From the NCBI GenBank assembly GCA_947593585.1, contig CANQDP010000006.1, positions 1,675-65,674 on the forward strand: a DNA stretch of 64,000 nucleotides. Direction: 5' to 3'. Shown one piece after another: positions 1 through 10,871 of the stretch (position 1 is its first letter; the number at the start of each line of letters is the position of its first letter). Under the pieces are notes generated by a model. The model ran no database searches. It saw only the letters and a list, made by a program, of their open reading frames with translations, and was not told the origin of the DNA. This stretch comes from an uncultured Clostridia bacterium. Lineage in GTDB: Bacteria > Bacillota > Clostridia > Christensenellales > UBA1242. The position numbers and the translations under genes are program-made.

Positions 1-160
1 TTCCGCTATTCTCATTGTATTTTTCGTTTAAGATTTCAAGGCATTTATTAAATTCTCTATCATTCATTTCAAACTTAGTTTTGAAAGCGTCTATATCCAC
101 CCCTTCGCCTGAAACGAACAAGACACCCTCAATCACTTTAGCTATCTCATTCAGCTCCAT
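1..160 (-). CDS. scpB: Segregation and condensation protein B, N-terminal part (gene runs off the left edge)
   Basis: Reverse-strand ATG at 158-160 overlaps the scpA stop by 14 nt. Translation MELNEIAKVIEGVLFVSGEGVDIDAF... resembles the usual ScpB N-terminus. The scpA-scpB order is conserved. Confidence 0.6.
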   Translation of the reverse strand, partial: MELNEIAKVIEGVLFVSGEGVDIDAFKTKFEMNDREFNKCLEILNEKYNENSG

Positions 161-908
161 CTTCTTCCTCCTTCTTTCGTTCTATTATGAAATCTGCATA
201 AATATTTGACTGACTAACCGCAATTTTCTGCAATTTTAACAATTCTAGGATTGCTAAAAACACGGTTATGATTTCAATTTTTGAATATGTGTCGTCAAAC
301 AAACTAAAAAAGTTTATTTTGGTGTTTTCTTCTAGTGTTTTATTGATGAAATCCATCTTGTCTGCCACCGTCCACCTATCTAGGACAATATTCTTTTCAG
401 ACGGATTGTCCCTATCCTTGGTGCGCATCAAAATAAAAGCAAACGAGTCGAGCATTTTCTCCAAACTAAATTGATTGAAAATAATTCTCACATCGCCCGC
501 AGATTTGTCTGGTTGCTTATAAAACCTATCAATATTTTCAGTTTGTTGCAACTGCCCGCCCGCTTCTTTAAATAAGGCATATTCTTCAAGTTGCCGTTTT
601 AATAGAGTTTCGTCATCTAATTCTTCTTCATCCTCTTCCACTTTCTCAACTGGCAATAGGCTATTAGATTTGATTTCCAAAAGCCTGCTTGTCATATCCA
701 AAAACGCAGTTGCTTCTTCCATGTCCAAGTTCTGCAAATCCTGCATATATTTTAAATATTGGTCTGTAATTTCACTTATTTTAACTTCTTTAATGGATAT
801 GTTTTTTTCTTTTATGAGATGCAATAAAAGATCTAACGGACCTTCAAATCCGTCTAGTTTGAATGTAACTTTAGAAACCGACTCCTCTTCGTCAATAACC
901 TCTTCCAT
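147..908 (-). CDS. scpA: Segregation and condensation protein A
   Basis: 253-aa ORF with the ScpA-like FEGPLDLLLHLIKEKNISI motif near the N-terminus. It is followed directly by scpB. It ends in TGA, showing the standard code. Confidence 0.85.
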   Translation of the reverse strand: MEEVIDEEESVSKVTFKLDGFEGPLDLLLHLIKEKNISIKEVKISEITDQYLKYMQDLQNLDMEEATAFLDMTSRLLEIKSNSLLPVEKVEEDEEELDDETLLKRQLEEYALFKEAGGQLQQTENIDRFYKQPDKSAGDVRIIFNQFSLEKMLDSFAFILMRTKDRDNPSEKNIVLDRWTVADKMDFINKTLEENTKINFFSLFDDTYSKIEIITVFLAILELLKLQKIAVSQSNIYADFIIERKKEEEDGAE

Positions 909-1594
909 TAAACCCCCAAGTTGGCAATGGGCCTATAAACCCAATTATATATGGATGAGAACAGCATCCCGACTATATCTATGCCAAAGAACATTTCAAT
1001 CAATAACGACACAAGCAAAACCACAAGCACAATTTTGAGCCCGTTCTTTAAACTATATGAAATGAATTTATTGTCTGGCTTTAAAAATGAAGAAACGAAA
1101 TTAAAGCCATCTAATGGATATATTGGCAAGAAATTGAACACTGCAAGATAACTATTAACAATCATGAATTCAATCAATATCTGCTGAACAATTAACATTC
1201 CTGCTGACGCAAATCCAACAGTGGCTGCCAAAATTGCGTATAAAATGGCACAAATTAGACCCAGCAAAACATTTGATAACACGCCAGCAACAGACACAAT
1301 TCTCATGCCAGTTTTATACTTTTTGAAATTTAATGGATTGATGGCAACAGGCTTTGCCCAACCTATTCCAAAAAACAAAAAGCATAAAAATCCGCCCATA
1401 TCAAGATGTTTAAAAGGATTTAATGTGAGCCTGCCCTTTAGTTTTGGCGTTAAATCTCCCATTTTATAAGCTGCCAATGAGTGTGAAAATTCATGAACCG
1501 TGAGCGACACAAAAAACACGAAAGTGATAATCAATAAGAAGATTACCGCCTCTTTAAAAGTGAAGTTATTAGAAAAGATTTGATTAAAAATCAA
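908..1594 (-). CDS. Site-2 protease family (M50) membrane metalloprotease
   Basis: HEFSHSLAA (HExxH) lies in a TM helix, together with NFLPIYPLDGF (NxxPxxxLDG) and multiple TM segments. Confidence 0.8.
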   Translation of the reverse strand: MIFNQIFSNNFTFKEAVIFLLIITFVFFVSLTVHEFSHSLAAYKMGDLTPKLKGRLTLNPFKHLDMGGFLCFLFFGIGWAKPVAINPLNFKKYKTGMRIVSVAGVLSNVLLGLICAILYAILAATVGFASAGMLIVQQILIEFMIVNSYLAVFNFLPIYPLDGFNFVSSFLKPDNKFISYSLKNGLKIVLVVLLVSLLIEMFFGIDIVGMLFSSIYNWVYRPIANLGV

Positions 1595-1756
1595 AACGAA
1601 CCTCTCAACAGTGAATTTTCACTCGTTACGATTATAACAAATTATGCCCCATTAGGCAAATAAATTAATAATAAAAATTAAAAATCCACTGATTTTTTGA
1701 CGAAAAAAATATAAATATGGCACAATTACAAATAAAACACACAATATATTGTGCTG

Positions 1757-4153
1757 CTAATTTTGATTAAGTTTTAATGTGGTTAGCCTATTATATGTGG
1801 CACTAGAATTCAGTGGCATTTTAACATTTGTTATTTCCAAAATTTGGCTATCCGTTTCGTTTAGCACGATAAAACCAATCTCTTTGAAGACTTGCAGACA
1901 AACGAAAAATTGCAAATAATTAAACTCTTCTTTGCTTTTAATTTTATCTAAAATGTTCTTAAAGAAATTGTGGCAATAATAACCTGTTATCTTATTCTCG
2001 CACGCAAACTCCATTAGCCTAAAATACTTCCCAAAGGTTTCTCTAGACAAATCAATTTTTTCAAGCAGAAATGCGGGTGAACTAACAGTGTGTGGCAAAT
2101 ATATCGTTGATTTTGTTTCCTTCTGCAACGCACTCAAATAACCCATGTTTAAAATAGGATCTAAGAAAATTATTCTGCTAAAAGTGTTAAAACTATTGAA
2201 ATCTGTTGGCGCTAAAATAATAGTGTTTAGCCCTGTTTCATCATTTATATTAAAGATGCGATTTCTAAAAATATTGTTGCTATCATAGATGGATTTAAAA
2301 TTAATATATGTGTTGTAATCATTTGCAACTATCAGCGTGCCATACACATTATTCTCCATATCCACAAGCATCCTAATTAGTTGGTCGCGATTATAATTGT
2401 TGAATGTGTAAGAGGCATCAAGCGGATAAATTATTTGTTTTAAATATTCGGCAGTGATAATGTCAATATCTTGCGGACGATAAATATCTTCATAATCGAT
2501 AGATTTCACAATGCCTGAAATTTTTTTGCTGTTTCTAAATGTGTCGATATTCAAGTCTGCCAAAATTGTGCATGATGTGTTGCCCGACAAAACAAAATAC
2601 ATCGCGCTTGAATTAAATGCCAACAAACTAAAATTTGGATAGTTAAGCATTAGATGTTGTGGATGGCGAGGCAGCGAACTTATCGAGGCTTTTTTTAATG
2701 TAAATTTAAAAATCGGCCTGGCATTTTGATGCCCGCACGGCTCTAACCTATCAATATCCTCCACGAGTTTGAGAGTGATTTCCTCTGGATTGATTTCAAA
2801 ATCATAAGTTTTTGTTGGCAAAAAGGCAGCTTTATTTAGATTTTGTGCCACATAATCATTAGTTAGTCGAACAAATTCATCGTAATTTTCAACTTTAAGC
2901 GTTAAGCCCGCAGCCATTGGATGACCGCCAAATTTGGTGAGCAAGTGTGTCATACTGCTTAAAAGTGAGTGGACATTCACTCCGTTCACGCTTCTGCACG
3001 AGCCAACGAGTTCATCTCCCACTTGACTAAACAAGAATGTTGGGCGATGAAATTCATCAGCAATTCTGGCTGCCACAATGCCTAAAATGCCACTATCCCA
3101 TTCATTGCTAGACATAGATATGGCACTAATTTTAAAGATATCTTGTGATTTTAGCCCATTTTTAACATCAACATAGACTTTATCACATAACTGCTGACGC
3201 TCAGTGTTGAACTGCAATATCTGCTTTATGATTTTGCGAATTTTCGTTTGGTCCGTTTCAAGATAAAGGTCCAAACTAGTGTCGGCTGAACCCATGCGAC
3301 CACTAGCATTTATTTTGGGGGCAAGTTTGAAAGCAATATCGCTCGCAAGGCAATTTGTGTTTAGCCCACATTCATGCATCAATTTCAAAATGCCAACAGG
3401 TGCTGATGCCAAATTTTGAAGCCCGAGTTTGACAATTGCCCTATTTTCATCTAAGAGTTCAACAATGTCCGCAATGGTGGCAATAGCACAAATTGGAAGA
3501 TATTGTTTGGCAATTTCTAGGCCAGCTATTGCCTGCACCAATTTAAAGGCAACGCCTGCACCGCACAAACAATGGAAAGGATAACTTTCGCTTATTTTAG
3601 GGTTAATTATGAGACAATTTGGCAAAGTTTCTGCCCTTTCATGGTGGTCTGTGATAATAATGTCTATTCCATTATTTTTTAGATACTCCACCTCATCAAC
3701 AGCTGTGATTCCACAATCCACTGTGATGATTAAGTCTGGCTTATTAGCTTCAATTATTTTATTGAGAGTGTCTATATTCAAACCATATCCATCTTCATAG
3801 CGATTGGGCATGAAATTAGACACGTTGGCATTAATTGAGTTGAAATATTTAATTAGAATTGCACTAGCGGATATACCATCCACATCATAATCACCAAAAA
3901 TTAAAATCTTGCTTTGCCTATCAAGATGTGATTTGATTTTTTCCACCACTTTTTGCATATCTTCAAACAAAAATGGGTCGTATAAATCATTAAATGACGG
4001 ATTGAGATATTTATACAAACTTTCCTTTGAGTTTATCCCACGAGAATATAAAAGACCCACGAGATTTCTATCTAAATTGAATAATTTAGACATCTCGTCC
4101 ACAAACCCAACATCAATTTTGTTTTCTAGTGTACAAATGTATTTCATAATCAA
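1757..4153 (-). CDS. recJ: Single-stranded-DNA-specific exonuclease RecJ
   Basis: 798 aa with DHH-family motifs IFGDYDVDGISA, ITVDCG and ITDHH, and the DHHA1 motif GGHPMAAG. It sits next to secDF as in many Firmicutes. Confidence 0.9.
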   Translation of the reverse strand: MIMKYICTLENKIDVGFVDEMSKLFNLDRNLVGLLYSRGINSKESLYKYLNPSFNDLYDPFLFEDMQKVVEKIKSHLDRQSKILIFGDYDVDGISASAILIKYFNSINANVSNFMPNRYEDGYGLNIDTLNKIIEANKPDLIITVDCGITAVDEVEYLKNNGIDIIITDHHERAETLPNCLIINPKISESYPFHCLCGAGVAFKLVQAIAGLEIAKQYLPICAIATIADIVELLDENRAIVKLGLQNLASAPVGILKLMHECGLNTNCLASDIAFKLAPKINASGRMGSADTSLDLYLETDQTKIRKIIKQILQFNTERQQLCDKVYVDVKNGLKSQDIFKISAISMSSNEWDSGILGIVAARIADEFHRPTFLFSQVGDELVGSCRSVNGVNVHSLLSSMTHLLTKFGGHPMAAGLTLKVENYDEFVRLTNDYVAQNLNKAAFLPTKTYDFEINPEEITLKLVEDIDRLEPCGHQNARPIFKFTLKKASISSLPRHPQHLMLNYPNFSLLAFNSSAMYFVLSGNTSCTILADLNIDTFRNSKKISGIVKSIDYEDIYRPQDIDIITAEYLKQIIYPLDASYTFNNYNRDQLIRMLVDMENNVYGTLIVANDYNTYINFKSIYDSNNIFRNRIFNINDETGLNTIILAPTDFNSFNTFSRIIFLDPILNMGYLSALQKETKSTIYLPHTVSSPAFLLEKIDLSRETFGKYFRLMEFACENKITGYYCHNFFKNILDKIKSKEEFNYLQFFVCLQVFKEIGFIVLNETDSQILEITNVKMPLNSSATYNRLTTLKLNQN

Positions 4154-4191
4154 ATTTATTTAAAATGCCTCTCAAAATGAAAGGCATTTTT

Positions 4192-5190
4192 TTAATCTTC
4201 ATCTTTTTGAGTTTTTTGAGTTTTCACTCTAAATCTTCTTATGTTTGCGCGGGTAATCATTGTGCTCCATAGGAACGGCAAAATATACCAAACTGCCCAG
4301 ATTAGTGTGGTTGACACAAACAAAATGTTTATTGAAACATATTTAATGCCAACAGGAGCAAGCAGAGCAAATAGCAAGCCAACAACCATGGTGGCGATTG
4401 AAACAAACAACACTTCCACCTTTGTGCTGCGCAAAGCGTCATCTAGGGCGGCAGCATACTCTTTCGATTGAAGCCAACTTGTTTCACGAATGCGCTCAAA
4501 GATTTTAAATGAGCAATAAATTATTAGCAAGTTTAAAATCACAATCATTGCAAAATAACTTAAACCAATGGTCAATCTTAATATTGACGAAATTGATAAA
4601 AACAGCAGGTTGCCAAGCAAACAAGTGAGCAACATGGAGATTGCCGAAGCAATATCATATCTAAAGCAGGCAAAAATTGTGGCAACAACAACTATTAATA
4701 AGATTGCAACAGCTGTGAATAGAAAATCTCTGCCCCTCACCACTTTTGACACAAATGAATGAGAAGAAATTTCTTCTTCGCTAATTCCAAGTTTTGAAGC
4801 AATTTCTGCATTAATTTTAGATTGCTCTTCACTCTTAACAGATTTTAAATACCTAACAACAAGCGTGAGCCTATCACCCTCACCTTCGATTGAAACCTTA
4901 TCAAACTTTGCATTATGTGAATTTAAAATAGTTTCGATATTGGCTTCATATTTTGAAATTTGCTTTGAATTTGTTTCGGTGATGGACACATTAAACTCAT
5001 AGCAGCCTTTCATCTCAAAATTGCCATTAAAACCGAGAGCCAAAGCACAAACCACGCCCGCTATAATCACAAGTGCCAAAATTAAAATCACAAATTTATT
5101 CTTTTTGAAATATTCCTTATTAGGCTTAGAAAAATCTCTATTTGCTAACATTTTTGCCTCCTTTGTGGAAATTACATTTCTTGCCATCAA
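4192..5190 (-). CDS. secF: Protein translocase subunit SecF
   Basis: N-terminal TM, an ectodomain, then a block of C-terminal TM helices, directly after secD. The start is uncertain (ATG 5190 or ATG 5151). Confidence 0.75.
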   Translation of the reverse strand: MMARNVISTKEAKMLANRDFSKPNKEYFKKNKFVILILALVIIAGVVCALALGFNGNFEMKGCYEFNVSITETNSKQISKYEANIETILNSHNAKFDKVSIEGEGDRLTLVVRYLKSVKSEEQSKINAEIASKLGISEEEISSHSFVSKVVRGRDFLFTAVAILLIVVVATIFACFRYDIASAISMLLTCLLGNLLFLSISSILRLTIGLSYFAMIVILNLLIIYCSFKIFERIRETSWLQSKEYAAALDDALRSTKVEVLFVSIATMVVGLLFALLAPVGIKYVSINILFVSTTLIWAVWYILPFLWSTMITRANIRRFRVKTQKTQKDED

Positions 5191-6508
5191 AATTGTTGAG
5201 CGCTAAATACATTTTTATAAATAGCCTCATCAACACAAGCGAGGTGAAAAGCGACACGATTGGCAACACAAGTGCAGCCCAACCAAACGATTGAATTGAA
5301 GGAATTGGAATGAACACGCAAACTAAACCAACAACTGCCACTAACCCACTTAGGATAAACGTTTTAATCAAACTATCTTTTTGCGCAGTTTTGAAAGCAA
5401 TATGCAATTTGGCGTCTGCATTATAATATCTCTTTGCACTCTCAAAAATTGAAATCAAACTATCAACAGCAAGCATGAAACATAAAGCCATGCCCACCAT
5501 GCCAGCAAAATTCATGTGAACTAGTGGAATTGATTGAAGCAAGAATAGCCCAATGCAGATAAAGAACAATAGGTTGAAGCAAGCGAGCCAGCCAAGTTGT
5601 TTGTATTTAACAATCAAGAAAACGAATGCGGCAAGGACAACTAATCCCAACACTGCCCAAATGAGCACAGCACTTACTCCGCCGAAAAGCACTTTGTCCC
5701 CACTATGAGTTACTGAGCCATAACTGCCTTCCGTTTCTGAACTAGAAAGTTTTGTCAACTTCAAACTCAACAAGCCGGTTTTCAATCTATTTGCATAAGA
5801 TTTTGCGTCTGCTTGGCTCCAAGGCAAATCACCCTGCTTTGTGCCTGTGAAAGACACAATGCCATCTGTGATTGCACTATCTAATGTGATGCTTATTGGA
5901 GAACTATCGTCTTCTCCAAACAAAATATAAAGCGACCCACCATCTTTTGTGGCCTCTTCCACTTTTGGCAAACTCTCACTTTTAAATTTAATAACCACAT
6001 ACCATGAAGTGCCTGAGGTTTGTGCATAGTCTTGCACATACACATCTTCAACATCTGTGGCATCTGCGAAAGCCTCGCTTGCATTGCTAGACATTGAAAA
6101 ACTAATTTTTGCTGGATTATCTAGCAAACTTAGAGCCAATGCTGAATCTTGCTTGGATTGCAAATCACCAACAGTAACCAAAATACAATCTTCCCCATAA
6201 GTGGAAACAGTGGAATCTTTAAAACCTTCATCTTGCAAAATAGATTGCAAATCATTCACTGTGGATGAGCGAAGCACCTCATAATTTGAGGTCATTTCAA
6301 ATTCATCTATTGTTTCAGCACGATAAACAACTCTTAAAGATGTGGAAATGTCCTCCCCCATCTTGATATTGCTCACAAAACTTGAATAACTATAATATTT
6401 GCCATTTACCGCGAAAGGATATGTGAAACTAAGAAATGTGGCAATCAAACAGATAACTAAAACAATAGAAAATAAAACAAACAAACTTCTTGAACGATTT
6501 TTAGTCAT
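5138..6508 (-). CDS. secD: Protein translocase subunit SecD
   Basis: 456 aa with an N-terminal signal anchor, a large extracytoplasmic domain and 5 C-terminal TM helices. It lies in a yajC...secD-secF arrangement. Confidence 0.8.
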   Translation of the reverse strand: MTKNRSRSLFVLFSIVLVICLIATFLSFTYPFAVNGKYYSYSSFVSNIKMGEDISTSLRVVYRAETIDEFEMTSNYEVLRSSTVNDLQSILQDEGFKDSTVSTYGEDCILVTVGDLQSKQDSALALSLLDNPAKISFSMSSNASEAFADATDVEDVYVQDYAQTSGTSWYVVIKFKSESLPKVEEATKDGGSLYILFGEDDSSPISITLDSAITDGIVSFTGTKQGDLPWSQADAKSYANRLKTGLLSLKLTKLSSSETEGSYGSVTHSGDKVLFGGVSAVLIWAVLGLVVLAAFVFLIVKYKQLGWLACFNLLFFICIGLFLLQSIPLVHMNFAGMVGMALCFMLAVDSLISIFESAKRYYNADAKLHIAFKTAQKDSLIKTFILSGLVAVVGLVCVFIPIPSIQSFGWAALVLPIVSLFTSLVLMRLFIKMYLALNNFDGKKCNFHKGGKNVSK

Positions 6509-6649
6509 ATATTCTCCTGATTTAATTTATATTATATCTTAACAGAAAAATTTTGTCAATCAAAAACGACGCTATTTTCATTTTGTTAAGCCCCATATAT
6601 CAAATTAAATTATTGACTAAAAATCTTAAAATTTTCAAAAATTTTCGTT

Positions 6650-7042
6650 TTAACTTTTTCTATTTAGCAAATTTACAATCACAGATGCCACAATAGCAAC
6701 AATTAGAGCAAAGATTAAATCATACACGATTGTTAAATCAAAACTAAACGAGCCGTTTAAGATTGAAAAGACGATTAAACTTAGCAAAGAATATATCACT
6801 CCGCCAAAAGCAGACTTCACAAGCAACTTTTCGCTGCTAGCCTTTTTTAGCATGAGCACTAGCACAAAAATAGAAATACCCTTAATTGCGTTGTTTATAT
6901 ATGCCACAATTTTTGATGGCACATCCACAAATTTAAGCACTATGGCAAAGGTTACGATTCCCGCTAAGGTTACAACCAACCCCACAAGGCAACTTTTGAT
7001 GATGGACACTAATCCTGACAATTTTAATGAATTCGATTTCAT
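6650..7042 (-). CDS. Small 4-TM membrane protein (possibly TIGR04086/YrzE-like)
   Basis: 130-aa ORF made almost entirely of four hydrophobic helices. The family assignment is from memory only. Confidence 0.45.
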   Translation of the reverse strand: MKSNSLKLSGLVSIIKSCLVGLVVTLAGIVTFAIVLKFVDVPSKIVAYINNAIKGISIFVLVLMLKKASSEKLLVKSAFGGVIYSLLSLIVFSILNGSFSFDLTIVYDLIFALIVAIVASVIVNLLNRKS

Positions 7043-7157
7043 AAATCCTCCTACACTAATCTATTTTGAGCCACAAGTTTTAAAACAAGAAGATTAAGGG
7101 AAATTGAAAACAATTTGGTTTTTTTTGGTTTCTTTTGTTGAATTTGTTTTGCCAAAC

Positions 7158-7181
7158 AAAAAAATAAGCCGTTTGGCTTAT
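7158..7181 (-). terminator. Rho-independent terminator of yajC
   Basis: On the minus strand, hairpin ATAAGCC-AAAC-GGCTTAT is followed by T7. The yajC stop codon lies inside the stem. Confidence 0.55.
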
Positions 7182-7618
7182 TTCTTGCTCTTTGATTTTT
7201 TGCTAGGCTCTGCTTCTGGCTTTTTTTCTTCATCATTTTTTTGAGTTTCGCTAGGTTTTGCAGTTTCGCTTTCTTTTGCTAAGCCCCCGTCTTTCTCTTT
7301 TTTAACATTTGCCATGTTTGGCTTCTTTTCTTTCTCTTCTTTGCCAAAAACATAATAGATGGCGTTTGCATGAACGGTGAAATAACCCGTGCGTTCACCC
7401 CTGCCGGATTTCAACACCACATATTTATATTCTTCTTCCACAAACATGTCTGCAACTTCGCCCACCATGCCCGTGTCTGTCATAACCTTATCGCCAATCT
7501 TTAATTCATCACGCATTTGGCCTAATTCACTATTATAGCGTTTTCTCCTAACATAACTCACAATAAATAGTGCAACCACAAGCACCAATAAAACAATCAT
7601 CACAGCGTAGTATTGCAT
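7178..7618 (-). CDS. yajC: Preprotein translocase subunit YajC with a long K/E-rich C-terminal tail
   Basis: ATG at 7618 has AAGGAG 6 nt upstream. There is a single N-terminal TM and an IGDKVMTDTGMVGEV core typical of YajC. About 50 extra Lys/Glu-rich residues follow at the C-terminus. Confidence 0.75.
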   Translation of the reverse strand: MQYYAVMIVLLVLVVALFIVSYVRRKRYNSELGQMRDELKIGDKVMTDTGMVGEVADMFVEEEYKYVVLKSGRGERTGYFTVHANAIYYVFGKEEKEKKPNMANVKKEKDGGLAKESETAKPSETQKNDEEKKPEAEPSKKSKSKK

Positions 7619-7752
7619 AACTCTCTCCTTAATTATTAATATTTTAATAGATTGAAAAATCAAAAGTCAATTCATTTTTTGCCTAAAAATTGAAAAAATA
7701 GCACGAAAATTTTAAATTTTTGGGATAATAATCACTTTTTTGCACTTAAAAA

Positions 7753-8871
<1,119 letters not shown>

Positions 8872-8880
8872 TTATCCTAT

Positions 8881-9699
8881 TTACTTTTTCTTTATTTCTT
8901 CATGATAAAAGAAATTTTTAAATTTTATATTGTTTTTAACGCAATAATCATTTATTTCTTCTGCTAAATTCTGCCAATATGTCTTGTTATTTTTATTATA
9001 TATTTCGTTATATAGATTAACAAGATGTGGATATTTTTCCGCTATGTATTCTAAAATTTTTGCTTTATAACTTCCGCGCAAATTAAGGTTTTCAAACCAA
9101 TATTCATCAACAAAATCTTTTGTTTTGTTTATGATTTCCCTCCATTCTGTGATTTCTGGGAAAATCGGGGACATAAATAGCACTGTTTTTATGCCATTTT
9201 CATGCAAAGTTTTTAGTGTTCTTATTCGCTCTTTTATTGCGGGGGCGTTGTCCATATCGTTTTTAAATTTTTCGTTTAACGTGTTAATTGAAATGGCAAC
9301 CTCGGCATTTTTCATTTGTTTGATTATATCAACATCTCTTAACACAAGCGAAGATTTTGTGGTTATGTCCACCATAGCATTTGTGTCCTTAATCTGAGTT
9401 AAAATTTTTCTGGTAATTTGCTCTTCTTTTTCTATCGGATTATAGCAATCCGTTACCGATGAAATAAACACTGTTTTGTTTTCAATTTTTTTCAAGTCTA
9501 TAGGTTTATTGCATTCTTTAATATCAATAAAACTGCCCCAATCTTCATTATGGCCGGTGAAACGCTTCATGAAGCAAGCATAACAATATTTGCAGCCGTG
9601 CAAACAGCCAACATAAGGGTTAATTACATAATCACTTGCTGGCAGACTGGACTTGGTTAGATAATCGGGTGTTTTTATTCTGTTTATTTTTATATCCAT
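8881..9699 (-). CDS. Radical SAM protein, SPL/DNA-repair-photolyase-like (COG1533-type)
   Basis: Contains NPYVGCLHGCKYCYA, a CxxxCxxC cluster at the N-terminus, as in the SplB-like family. 272 aa. Confidence 0.7.
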   Translation of the reverse strand: MDIKINRIKTPDYLTKSSLPASDYVINPYVGCLHGCKYCYACFMKRFTGHNEDWGSFIDIKECNKPIDLKKIENKTVFISSVTDCYNPIEKEEQITRKILTQIKDTNAMVDITTKSSLVLRDVDIIKQMKNAEVAISINTLNEKFKNDMDNAPAIKERIRTLKTLHENGIKTVLFMSPIFPEITEWREIINKTKDFVDEYWFENLNLRGSYKAKILEYIAEKYPHLVNLYNEIYNKNNKTYWQNLAEEINDYCVKNNIKFKNFFYHEEIKKK

Positions 9700-9736
9700 G
9701 ATTTCTCCTTTCTATTCTCAACCACAACTCTAAGTC

Positions 9737-10543
9737 CTAAATTTTCCTTTGCCTATTAATTTCGTATAAGCAAATGCTTGTGGCGTTTGCAACATTTAAG
9801 GAATCTATATTTTCTTTCATATCAATTTTAGCAAGTTCATCAGCGATTGAGTTATAATAATTTGAAAGCCCTTTTGCTTCGTTTCCAACTAATAGCAAAG
9901 TTGGTTTTTTAAAATCACATTCATCAATAAATTTGGTTGCTTGCAAAGATGTACCCACAATTTGAAAATTTTTATATTTTGATTTCAACAACTTTATAAT
10001 TTGTTCAAAATCTTCATTTTTTTCAATAAATTTAAACGGAACTTTGAAAAATGAACCCATTGATGATGTGATAACTGTGTGGTCGTAAATATCCACCGAA
10101 TGCCCCGTGAAAAATATTTGGTCAACATGTAAAGCATCTGCACTGCGAATTATTGTGCCTAAGTTTCCTTTCTTTGATGGTCTATCAAACAACAGCAAGA
10201 GCGGATTTTTTAATTTGTCAATATTTAATGGTTGTTCTTTCATTTTAACAATCGCCAACAATTCAGACACATCCTCTTTGTCGCTTAATTTTTGCATTAA
10301 TTCATCTGTTAATTCATAACATGTTTGAGCATATTTTAAAACTGACTTCGCCCAAGCAGAAAGTTTTGATTGACTGCAAAATATGAAAGAAGATATTTCC
10401 CAATTATTTGATATTGCATCTTTAATATTTTGCACTCCTTCAACAAAAAACTTTTTATTAGCAAATCGTTTTGTTTTGTTGTTTTTCAACGCTAATATCT
10501 CTTGAAATGTTGAATTTTCTTTTCCTATGTTTATTGTTTTCAT
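9737..10543 (-). CDS. SpoU/TrmH-family RNA 2'-O-methyltransferase
   Basis: C-terminal SPOUT motifs LLLVGNEAKGLS and SLNVANATSICLYE. Confidence 0.75.
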   Translation of the reverse strand: MKTINIGKENSTFQEILALKNNKTKRFANKKFFVEGVQNIKDAISNNWEISSFIFCSQSKLSAWAKSVLKYAQTCYELTDELMQKLSDKEDVSELLAIVKMKEQPLNIDKLKNPLLLLFDRPSKKGNLGTIIRSADALHVDQIFFTGHSVDIYDHTVITSSMGSFFKVPFKFIEKNEDFEQIIKLLKSKYKNFQIVGTSLQATKFIDECDFKKPTLLLVGNEAKGLSNYYNSIADELAKIDMKENIDSLNVANATSICLYEINRQRKI

Positions 10544-10549
10544 AATTCC

Positions 10550-10861
10550 TTATTTTGTGGTTTCGTCTATCCACGAAAGGTATTCTTTTGAACCTTTTAA
10601 AATGGGCAAAGCGACAATCTCTGCCACTTCATAAGAGTGATTTGCTTTAATCGTTTTTTCAATTTCGTCATATAAAGTCTCTTTTGATTTCATTGTTAAA
10701 AGATATTCTTTTTCATTTTCAAGTTTGCCTTTCCAATGATAAAGGCTTTGAATTTCGCCAATCTGCACGCACGCAACTAATTTTTTACTTAACAATAAAT
10801 TTGCCAAATTCAACGCTTCTTCTTTCTTTTCAAATGTGGTTTTAACTTCAATATATTTCAT
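10550..10861 (-). CDS. cutA: CutA1 divalent-cation tolerance protein
   Basis: 103 aa with the pattern LVACVQI...SLYHWKG...HSYEVAEIVALPI...YLSWI, typical of CutA. Confidence 0.8.
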   Translation of the reverse strand: MKYIEVKTTFEKKEEALNLANLLLSKKLVACVQIGEIQSLYHWKGKLENEKEYLLTMKSKETLYDEIEKTIKANHSYEVAEIVALPILKGSKEYLSWIDETTK

Positions 10862-10871
10862 ATTTTAACCC

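Noticed and set aside
1740-1753. Perfect 14-nt palindrome cacaatatattgtg after the recJ stop, with a similar aaacacacaatat...tgtgc string at about 36184-36204
   Set aside because: It is most simply a weak AT-rich terminator hairpin. The second site shares only about 13 nt and lies 34 nt from the ftsQ stop. The evidence is too weak to call a repeat family.
7051-7236. 61-aa minus-strand ORF between the small membrane protein gene and yajC
   Set aside because: It overlaps the yajC 3' end and terminator hairpin. It is Lys-rich and low-complexity, with no RBS.
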